DNA of 64,000 bases from NCBI GenBank assembly GCA_015062495.1, contig SUUN01000001.1:19881-83880 (forward strand). The letters run 5' to 3'. Position 1 is the first letter of the stretch, and each line of letters begins with the position of its first letter. Both the position numbers and the translations under genes were made by a program. The notes under the pieces are model-generated. The model was not told the DNA's origin. It saw nothing but the letters and a program-made list of their open reading frames with translations, and made no database searches. This document shows, in pieces, positions 55,577 through 64,000 of the stretch. This stretch comes from Alphaproteobacteria bacterium (lineage in GTDB: Bacteria > Pseudomonadota > Alphaproteobacteria > Rs-D84).

Positions 55577-56584
55577 ATGATAAAAATCGGATTGTTTTTT
55601 ATTGTGATCTTATGCGGGATTCCGGTTGGGGCTGTGACGGCGTCACTGTTGCGTCCGACGCAGTTCCCAACAACATCGGCGGACGCTTCTTTTGTAGAAC
55701 GTATGGAAAACCTGGCCGATGGGTACGAGCCGTATGCCGGAATGAGTGCGTATCAAATAATGGAATTTGAAGAAATGGAAGATTATGCCCAGCGCGCAAT
55801 CGAGGCAGAATTACATGCCGCAGGTATCCCAGTGTGTGATGGATGTGATGAAAATGGAAAACCACCCGCCCAGGATGGCAGTACGATTGTACCAGATAAA
55901 CCACAGCAATCGCCGGTCGTGGCGACAGATGTGCCCGCGCCGGCTGTGTCGTCTGGTGGTGTGGCCAATGGGTATTGCAGTATGCGTAATCCCAATTTGC
56001 TCAGTGGTCAATCCATACCGTTTGGCTTGCCAGTGAATACGGCGGATTTGTCCAGTGATATATCAGACAGGACAAAAAAAATAGCACGCAATACGGATAA
56101 AGGGTTGTTTTGTGCCCCGTATGGGTGCGACCGTGGTCGCCCGCACGAAGGGATTGATATCGGGTGTGATGCGGGATTCTATCAGATGCCAATTTATGCA
56201 ACCGCGGATGGTGTGGTGGATTATCTGGTGCGCGCGGGTAATAATGCGTCGGCGGGAAACTATATTCGAATTAATCATGGTAATGGTTGGGCCACACAGT
56301 ATATGCATTTGGATGAAATATTTGTTACACAGGGGCAACGTGTTCAGTCTGGATGTTTAATTGGATTAATGGGGCACACAGGCGGAAATCGTGACCAGAA
56401 AGTGCGTCAGATGTCCCGGGATTTGACGCATTTGCATTATGAAATTATATATTCTGGGCGCGCGTCCTATGTTATGGCACCAAATGGTAATAAAATCCCG
56501 ATTATACGTGGTTGTACTCGGCTGGGGCCGTGTGGGGATTTTAAAAGTAAAATCTATCCTAATGAGATTATGGTGTATGAATAA
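55577..56584 (+). CDS. M23-family metallopeptidase
   Basis: HEGID (HxxxD) and YMHL (HxH) Zn motifs, GNYIRINH; N-terminal hydrophobic signal. Confidence 0.9.
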   Translation: MIKIGLFFIVILCGIPVGAVTASLLRPTQFPTTSADASFVERMENLADGYEPYAGMSAYQIMEFEEMEDYAQRAIEAELHAAGIPVCDGCDENGKPPAQDGSTIVPDKPQQSPVVATDVPAPAVSSGGVANGYCSMRNPNLLSGQSIPFGLPVNTADLSSDISDRTKKIARNTDKGLFCAPYGCDRGRPHEGIDIGCDAGFYQMPIYATADGVVDYLVRAGNNASAGNYIRINHGNGWATQYMHLDEIFVTQGQRVQSGCLIGLMGHTGGNRDQKVRQMSRDLTHLHYEIIYSGRASYVMAPNGNKIPIIRGCTRLGPCGDFKSKIYPNEIMVYE

Positions 56585-56616
56585 AAAACGACCAAGAATT
56601 TGGTCGTTAATTTTTG

Positions 56617-56703
56617 TGGTGGGGATAGTGGGACTCGAACCCACACGGTCGCAATGACCAAAGGATTTTAAGTCCTCAGCGTCTACCATTCCGCCATATC
56701 CCC
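56617..56703 (-). tRNA. tRNA-Leu(TAA)
   Basis: Anticodon arm GAGGA-CTTAAAA-TCCTT; long variable arm; CCA end. Confidence 0.95.
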
Positions 56704-56768
56704 GAAGACTTTTAATAATGCCGCATTCCCGCGGCATTGAATATATTTTTACAAATTTGAGCTTTCTT

Positions 56769-56834
56769 GTCCGTCGGTGCAAGCACCGCCGAGACACTCA
56801 AATTTTCAACGCGCGCTATGCTTGCTTGAAAATT
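56769..56834. repeat. Palindromic tRNA-trailer repeat, copy 2
   Basis: Near-identical to 45048-45114; abuts the tRNA-Ala CCA end. Confidence 0.85.
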
Positions 56835-56910
56835 TGGTGGAGCTGATGGGACTCAAACCCACGACCTCTACGATGCGAACGTAGCGCTCTATCAACTGAG
56901 CTACAACCCC
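56835..56910 (-). tRNA. tRNA-Ala(CGC)
   Basis: G3.U70 identity pair; anticodon arm CTACG-TTCGCAT-CGTAG. Confidence 0.93.
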
Positions 56911-56915
56911 AAAAC

Positions 56916-57002
56916 TGGTGCGGATAAGAAGACTCGAACTTCCAAGGTATTGCTACCACTAGTACCTGAAACTAGCGCGTCTACCAATTCCGCCATATCC
57001 GC
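56916..57002 (-). tRNA. tRNA-Leu(CAG)
   Basis: Anticodon arm CTAGT-TTCAGGT-ACTAG; long variable arm; CCA end. Confidence 0.95.
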
Positions 57003-57118
57003 AGGCGACAGGTATAATATATTAATTTTCAAATCTTTGCAACAAGAAAAATAGGTTTTTTTGTTGTTATTATTCGCTTGCACGGGAAATCGCAAATTTG
57101 CTAGACTTTTTATCAGAG

Positions 57119-59722
57119 ATGAAGAGAGTTCTGGTTTTTCTTGCAAATCTGTTGGTTTGCGTTGGTATCGCAAATGCCGCTGTTCGTGATGGAACGGCTG
57201 TTTCGCGCGCAAAATCAGACAAGAATACTGTGGCAACCCAGGCGCGCAGTGCGACCGTTGTAAAGCGTGAAACACCACGTACAAGTGTTTTGTCGGCGCG
57301 TAGTGCAACAAATTCTGTTCAAAATCGGTCTGGGTCAGTGGCGCGTACCGCTGTTGCGCGGCCGGCCAGTGTGCGGACGGATAAAAATATCAATACCAAG
57401 CGTAATATGACGCCAATTGTTGCGCGTGCGGGTTCGGATACGTCGTCGGGGGTGATGTTGTCAACGCGTACGGGCGCAGAATATGAACAGTGTAAGAATA
57501 CATACTTTTCGTGTATGGATCAGTTTTGTATGCTGAAAAATGATGATTACAGACGATGTTCGTGCAATGATCGTGTGTTTGCATTGGACGAAGTTCGCGA
57601 TGTATTGGAACAGGCGGGCGAAAAGCTGACCGTGTTTACAGAAAGTTTGGATGTGGTTGGTATGACAGCCGCGCAAGCCACAGCAATGCGCACCCAGTCC
57701 GAGGGTGAAGCCGCCTTGACGGGCGATAGTTCAGCGTCCAAGGCATTGTTGCAGGCAATTATGAATTCTATTCGCGGTGAAGACAGCACCGTTGGTGGTA
57801 AATATGCAGATTTGAACAGTATTAATATGTCGTTTGATACAGTTAATGCCTTTGGTATGGTTGACGCAGGCCAGGCGATTGCGGCATATAATGGTAATGC
57901 GTTGTACAGTGCGGTTTTCCCGCAATGTCGTGATGCGGTGCGGGCGGATTGTAATGATGCGTCATTGCAACGTGCAATAACAGCATATCTGATGGCGATT
58001 GAACAGGACTGTAACACGGTGCAAACCGCAATGGAACAGACACAACAAAAAATGAAGGCCGCCATACGCGAAGGGGGGGCAATGTTGGACCTGGCGCGGG
58101 TGGAAAATCGGCAAAAACATAATTCGTCTGATATAACAACCTGTATTAACGAGGTTGAATCTGCAATTTTAAGTGAACAGGTATGTGGGGCAAACTATCA
58201 TAAATGTCTGGATAATGGTCAATATATTGATGTTTCTACGGGCAAACCAATTGTTGGTGTCAAAGATTTTTATAAATTGGAACAAATGTTGGTGTTCAGC
58301 GATGGGGTAGAGGCAGCGCATCAAAAACTGGCCAAGAATTCCAGCAATCGTGGATTTGTTCAAAATTTTGAAAACAGGGTAAAAAAATTTGCGCAACCGG
58401 CATTGGATAAATGTGTGGAAAACGCAGATGTTGTGTGGGCTGAATATCTGGACAAGGCCATGTTGTCAATATACTATGCCCAGAAATCTAAAGTGGCCGA
58501 GATTAAGCAGGGATGTTTTGATTATGTGTCCAGTTGTTATATGAATGGTGATGCGGCGATAACGGCTGCTATGAAAGAATTGACCGGCAGCAGTGGTGTC
58601 GTATTACAGCCGGACAAGGTGGTATTGAATGCACAGATGTGTTCTGATTATGTGATTTCGTGCGATAATATGTTTGATGGAAATATTGTTGCGCAGTACA
58701 TTGACAATATTAAAAATACAGATACTTTGACGGCGTGTCGTGCGGTTGTGAAGCAGTGCTTTGATAAATATGGCGGGACGAACTATGAAAATTTCTATTA
58801 TCCGTACAGTGGATTGTTCCCGGCAAATTCTGATCGGGCCCCGGATTGGTTCGCATTGTATGAATACAATAACAAGGGAGAGCGGATAAAAAACGATGAT
58901 GGTACGTGGGCGTATAAATCAGAGTGCGCCAAACAGTTGCAGGGTATAGCAGCATGCAGCGATTCCGATATGATAGAACAGGCGTTCGGTGGATTTGATG
59001 TGGTGCAAGCAGAGCGGAGGAGAAATAATGAATATGGTCAATTCGTGTACACATTGCCGAATGACGATACAACGGGCGATTTGTTTGTCAGGTACGGTTT
59101 GATAGATGATTCTGATAATACTACATTGAAACATCGCTATACGCGCTCGACAGGTGTCGCAACCGAAGTTTATAATCAGATTATATCCGTTTTATCAACG
59201 CAGTGTATGAACCTGCAGGGGCGGTTTATGGAATATCAGTTCTTTGATGATGGTGCATATGATGCGGATAATTTGTGTAAATCTAATTTTGCGGATTCGC
59301 GTTATGGGGATAAGAAGATACTGGGGACTTCGTTGGTTGATTTGTACGGTGTTGGTGATGGCGAAGATATGTGCCCACGCGATTATAATTTGGGTGTTGC
59401 AACGCAGTCGTGGGGGGCGTGTCTGTGCTGGGAAAATGGTGCACGACGCAGCAAATGGGGCAAGTCTGCAAAATGTGTGGCCGCAGTGCCAAACGTATCC
59501 GCAGCGGATGCAATATGTTCTGGCGGTTCTGTTGAAACGGCGACAGATGATTTGACCGAAAATGATTGGTGTACCGTGGGGCGGATTTCAGATTTGAACC
59601 AGGCATGTGCGCCGGGTATGACATTGGGGCACGATGATGGTGATTATGAAACCAAATACTGTATATATAATAATGATACAAATAATGATACATTTGGTGA
59701 TTTGCCCAAGGGGATAGAGTAA
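57119..59722 (+). CDS. Large secreted Cys-rich protein of unknown function (paralog of 41905-44910)
   Basis: Signal MKRVLVFL..ANA; Arg/Thr/Ala-rich linker; CMDQFC..RCSC, MAIEQDCNTV and VCG..KCLD motifs. Confidence 0.85.
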   Translation: MKRVLVFLANLLVCVGIANAAVRDGTAVSRAKSDKNTVATQARSATVVKRETPRTSVLSARSATNSVQNRSGSVARTAVARPASVRTDKNINTKRNMTPIVARAGSDTSSGVMLSTRTGAEYEQCKNTYFSCMDQFCMLKNDDYRRCSCNDRVFALDEVRDVLEQAGEKLTVFTESLDVVGMTAAQATAMRTQSEGEAALTGDSSASKALLQAIMNSIRGEDSTVGGKYADLNSINMSFDTVNAFGMVDAGQAIAAYNGNALYSAVFPQCRDAVRADCNDASLQRAITAYLMAIEQDCNTVQTAMEQTQQKMKAAIREGGAMLDLARVENRQKHNSSDITTCINEVESAILSEQVCGANYHKCLDNGQYIDVSTGKPIVGVKDFYKLEQMLVFSDGVEAAHQKLAKNSSNRGFVQNFENRVKKFAQPALDKCVENADVVWAEYLDKAMLSIYYAQKSKVAEIKQGCFDYVSSCYMNGDAAITAAMKELTGSSGVVLQPDKVVLNAQMCSDYVISCDNMFDGNIVAQYIDNIKNTDTLTACRAVVKQCFDKYGGTNYENFYYPYSGLFPANSDRAPDWFALYEYNNKGERIKNDDGTWAYKSECAKQLQGIAACSDSDMIEQAFGGFDVVQAERRRNNEYGQFVYTLPNDDTTGDLFVRYGLIDDSDNTTLKHRYTRSTGVATEVYNQIISVLSTQCMNLQGRFMEYQFFDDGAYDADNLCKSNFADSRYGDKKILGTSLVDLYGVGDGEDMCPRDYNLGVATQSWGACLCWENGARRSKWGKSAKCVAAVPNVSAADAICSGGSVETATDDLTENDWCTVGRISDLNQACAPGMTLGHDDGDYETKYCIYNNDTNNDTFGDLPKGIE

Positions 59723-59734
59723 TTAAAAGAGAAA

Positions 59735-59941
59735 TTATTTACGAGTGGCCCAGAATAAAGACCACAGCCAGCCGATAATTGACCAGCCGAAAATCCAACT
59801 GGCTAGTCTGACGGCGTGCATGTCGGGTTTGCCTTGGTTATTTTGGCGGGCAACCCATGCGGGCGCAAAGATAATGCCGATGGTCAGCAATGCGCACAGT
59901 GCGTATTTTATTACCAGTACAAAATCAATGTTGTTCAGCAT
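59735..59941 (-). CDS. Superinfection immunity protein-like small membrane protein
   Basis: FAPAWVARQ..WIFGWSIIGWLWSLFWA resembles the Imm_superinfect pattern (P..IA..R..GWT.IGW..AL.WA). Confidence 0.7.
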   Translation of the reverse strand: MLNNIDFVLVIKYALCALLTIGIIFAPAWVARQNNQGKPDMHAVRLASWIFGWSIIGWLWSLFWATRK

Positions 59942-59992
59942 CTTATTTATATAAAGGGGGACAGATGCCCCCCGTTTGTTATTCCGCGATGA

Positions 59993-61273
<1,281 letters not shown>

Positions 61274-61364
61274 TCATCTGATAATGTAGACAATTTCATC
61301 TTGCCATAGTAAAATGAAATGTGCCATAATATAATCACAATTGTGATGGGAAGGAAACATAAAA

Positions 61365-64000
61365 ATGATAAAAAAGTTATTGTCCTTGGTTTGTTGTGTT
61401 TTGCCAATGGGGGTGCGGGCCGCACCACAGGAAATTGCGCCAATTGGTGCAGATGCGGCGGTGGCCACCACATATGACGCGTGGCAGTCGGCCATAGCCG
61501 GCGGACAATCAATTGTTGTCAGTGGCGGAAATGGTATTAATGCGACCGGTGGTCAGACGACGGGTGGTGTTGATGTTGCGCCTGGGTTTGATGTGACGAA
61601 TAACATGATTGTTGGATTAGATTTGAATCCAGGGACAAACGATGCGACACCGAATGGGGCGGTTAATAATTTATATGTTCTAAATAGTGCAAGCAGTCCA
61701 TTTACCGTAATTTCAACCGGTGATATTTCAATTGGGTCAATGTTACAGGTATTGAATGGGGTAAATTTGGGATTCAAGACGTCTGACACAAATCCAGAAA
61801 AGTTTAGCGTGGATGTTGGCGCAGATGGGATAAAAATAGGTGACGCAATAAATACGGCAGCGTTGACATTGGATAACATTAATGTATTAGATGTGGCGGG
61901 GTCTGTTATTGCGTATGGGGATTTTTCGGTTGATGCAAATTCGGTGAATGTTACAGGTGGTGTTAATCTGTATAACGGCACGATGAACATTGATTCCGCG
62001 GGTGCGGTGACACTGGGGGAATTGATTGCGAATGATAATGTGGTTGGGACAGCTGTGTCTGGGCAAACAATCACGGTTAGTGGGGATGTGTCTAATCAGG
62101 GTGGCGATATGGAATTAATCGCCGAAGATGATGTTAATATTACCGGTAGTTTGGAAAATTCGGTGGCATCGAATTTAAGTGTGTCTGGTGCTGATTTGGT
62201 TGTGACGGGGACAGTAAAGAATGATGAAACCGATGGTGGTACATTGACGCTGAATGTTGATTCGTGGCGCATTAATGGTGGTAATCAGAATACGTATTCA
62301 CTTGTTAATAATGGTAATTTGTATGCGACTGTTGATGGGGAAACCTATATGGAATATGGGTTGAACCTGACGGGGATGGGCACAGATAACGAATTTAGTT
62401 TAACAACGGGTACTTTGGTGTTTGGGGCGAATGCTGATTCTGATAAGTGGTTCGGTGCGTTCGCAAATAATTTGAATAAATTTAATGTTAATATCACAGG
62501 GGGCGACCTGGATAATTTAACGACTGTATTAAATGGTGCGAATGGTAATACAAATGCAACAATGACGGTTGCAGCCCAAAATATAGTTGCGGATTCTGTT
62601 CAGAATGATGCGACGTCATTAACAATGAATGCGCAACAGAATATGACGATAAATGGTGCGGTTCAGGGGAATGCTGGGACAACGAAATTAGTCGCTGCAA
62701 ACACTTTGAGTGTTGTTGGGGCGGTATCGAATAGTGCGAATACGGTGTTAAATGGAAATGTTGTAAATGTTGCTTCGTTGTCTAATTCGGGTGTGGGGGC
62801 GGAATTGACGGTGTCTTCGTTGACAGAAGCAAGCGGCACGGTTAATGTGTCGGGCGATATTACAAATACAGCGGGCACAACAACAGTATGGGCAAAAAAT
62901 GTTGATATTGATGGAACGGTGACAAATAACAGTGGTACGACGACGATTCGTGGGTCTAATGCGAATGGTGGGGCGGTTGCCGTCGGTGGGATTGATGCAG
63001 CGGGTGGTGCGATTGATTTAATTGCACTTGCTGGAAATATGGCGATTGATAATAATTTGGCTGTATCTAATGGTGTGCTGAATATAGACAGCAGTTTGCG
63101 TAATTTAACCGTTGGTGGAACTGTGCAGATTGCGGGTAATATGAATGTGGGCGCGGGTGGCGCGTCGGCTGCGGGTGATATGAATATTGTGCGCAGTGAT
63201 GCGTCGCAGTTTGCCATGACGTCATATAATGCAATTTTAATTAGTGGTGATGTGAATGCTGTGGATTCAACGGTGGTTGGTAATGTCGCTTTGGATGCGC
63301 CGATTGTGAATATAACGGGTAATGCAACGGTCGCAAATTCTGGGCATTTGACCCTGGGGACGAAAGCGACGTCTTATATTCGTGTGGCGGGCGATTTGAC
63401 ATTTAATGATGGTGGCATATTTGAAACATATGCCCAAGATTTAGTTGTTGGTACTTTGTCCGGTGATGGTAAATTTATGGCGCATGGCGCGGGTATTACT
63501 GCAAATAATGGAAATATTGATATTGATGGCAATATCTATTTTGATGCGGATAATGATCCTGTTGACCCTTCGTCGGGTATGGTGGTGCACGATACAACGA
63601 CATTAACACTGAAAACAACGCTGGAAGATATGGATATCAGTGTTGGTGCGGTTTCATTGGGCGATGGTAACACATTGGTGTTAAATTCTGCAGATGCACT
63701 TGATATTAATGGCGTGTTGGCCAATAACGGGACACTGGATATTGATGCCGTGGGCGCGGTTGGCGTTGATGGCGCGACAACAAATACGGGGACGTTGGAT
63801 TTGTTGGCGGATAGTGTTTCCATGGTGGGAATTAATAATTCTGGTAATGCCCAGATAGTATCTACAAATGGTGAAATTACAGCGGGTGGTATTACAAATT
63901 CTGGATCGATGGAAATCAATGCGGCGACGGATTTGGTTGCGGGCGTTATAACGCATACGGCCGGGGTGATGGATTTGGATGCGAATTCATTGAGTGCGCA
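61365..64000 (+). CDS. Large secreted beta-helical adhesin / autotransporter passenger (runs off the window end)
   Basis: Not in the ORF track. ATG at 61365 after an AAGGA RBS gives MIKKLLSLVCCVLPMGVRAAPQEIAPIGADAAVATT..., then Gly/Asn/Thr/Val-rich beta-solenoid-like repeats. The many antisense shadow ORFs are consistent with one long open + frame. Confidence 0.8.
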   Translation, partial: MIKKLLSLVCCVLPMGVRAAPQEIAPIGADAAVATTYDAWQSAIAGGQSIVVSGGNGINATGGQTTGGVDVAPGFDVTNNMIVGLDLNPGTNDATPNGAVNNLYVLNSASSPFTVISTGDISIGSMLQVLNGVNLGFKTSDTNPEKFSVDVGADGIKIGDAINTAALTLDNINVLDVAGSVIAYGDFSVDANSVNVTGGVNLYNGTMNIDSAGAVTLGELIANDNVVGTAVSGQTITVSGDVSNQGGDMELIAEDDVNITGSLENSVASNLSVSGADLVVTGTVKNDETDGGTLTLNVDSWRINGGNQNTYSLVNNGNLYATVDGETYMEYGLNLTGMGTDNEFSLTTGTLVFGANADSDKWFGAFANNLNKFNVNITGGDLDNLTTVLNGANGNTNATMTVAAQNIVADSVQNDATSLTMNAQQNMTINGAVQGNAGTTKLVAANTLSVVGAVSNSANTVLNGNVVNVASLSNSGVGAELTVSSLTEASGTVNVSGDITNTAGTTTVWAKNVDIDGTVTNNSGTTTIRGSNANGGAVAVGGIDAAGGAIDLIALAGNMAIDNNLAVSNGVLNIDSSLRNLTVGGTVQIAGNMNVGAGGASAAGDMNIVRSDASQFAMTSYNAILISGDVNAVDSTVVGNVALDAPIVNITGNATVANSGHLTLGTKATSYIRVAGDLTFNDGGIFETYAQDLVVGTLSGDGKFMAHGAGITANNGNIDIDGNIYFDADNDPVDPSSGMVVHDTTTLTLKTTLEDMDISVGAVSLGDGNTLVLNSADALDINGVLANNGTLDIDAVGAVGVDGATTNTGTLDLLADSVSMVGINNSGNAQIVSTNGEITAGGITNSGSMEINAATDLVAGVITHTAGVMDLDANSLSA

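Noticed and set aside
59735-59941. Prophage
   Set aside because: No terminase, capsid, tail or integrase genes anywhere in the window.

Overview
A 64-kb chromosomal segment of an alphaproteobacterium with a compact genome. The alpha-type RNase E, HTH and BamD/MurJ genes, together with many Cys-rich secreted proteins, suggest a host/gut-associated lineage such as Rs-D84/'Ca. Enterousia'; this placement is inference. Housekeeping genes are rne, a surA/ppiD-like gene, tpiA, grpE, trhP-like U32, pgk, rnhB, ssb, rpsB, tsf, polA, pth, bamD, murJ, rlpA, glyQS, tatD, tcdA and eno. There are eight tRNAs. Between these lie many surface/secreted protein genes: five Cys-rich proteins, two giant paralogous Cys-rich proteins, a YadA-like adhesin, an S8 protease, beta-barrels and a large autotransporter-like ORF. 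The main hidden signal is a family of seven structured 5' leaders. Each sits between a sigma70 promoter and an intrinsic terminator, and each shows the same mutually exclusive, covarying pairing pattern (anti-antiterminator / antiterminator / terminator). They lie upstream of six surface/secreted protein genes and one XRE regulator. I cannot match them to a riboswitch class I know, so they are a candidate new attenuation system for a surface-antigen repertoire. Other notable items: a solo Bacteroides Mpi-like DNA invertase; a tRNA-Leu with the rare AAG anticodon; a tRNA-Glu cassette with a Tlde1 (DUF2778)-like cell-wall toxin and a candidate immunity gene between direct repeats; a tRNA-Thr island with an AIPR-like gene; nested REP-like palindromes; and an alpha2-type glycyl-tRNA synthetase. 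No CRISPR array, rRNA, intact integrase or transposase was seen.
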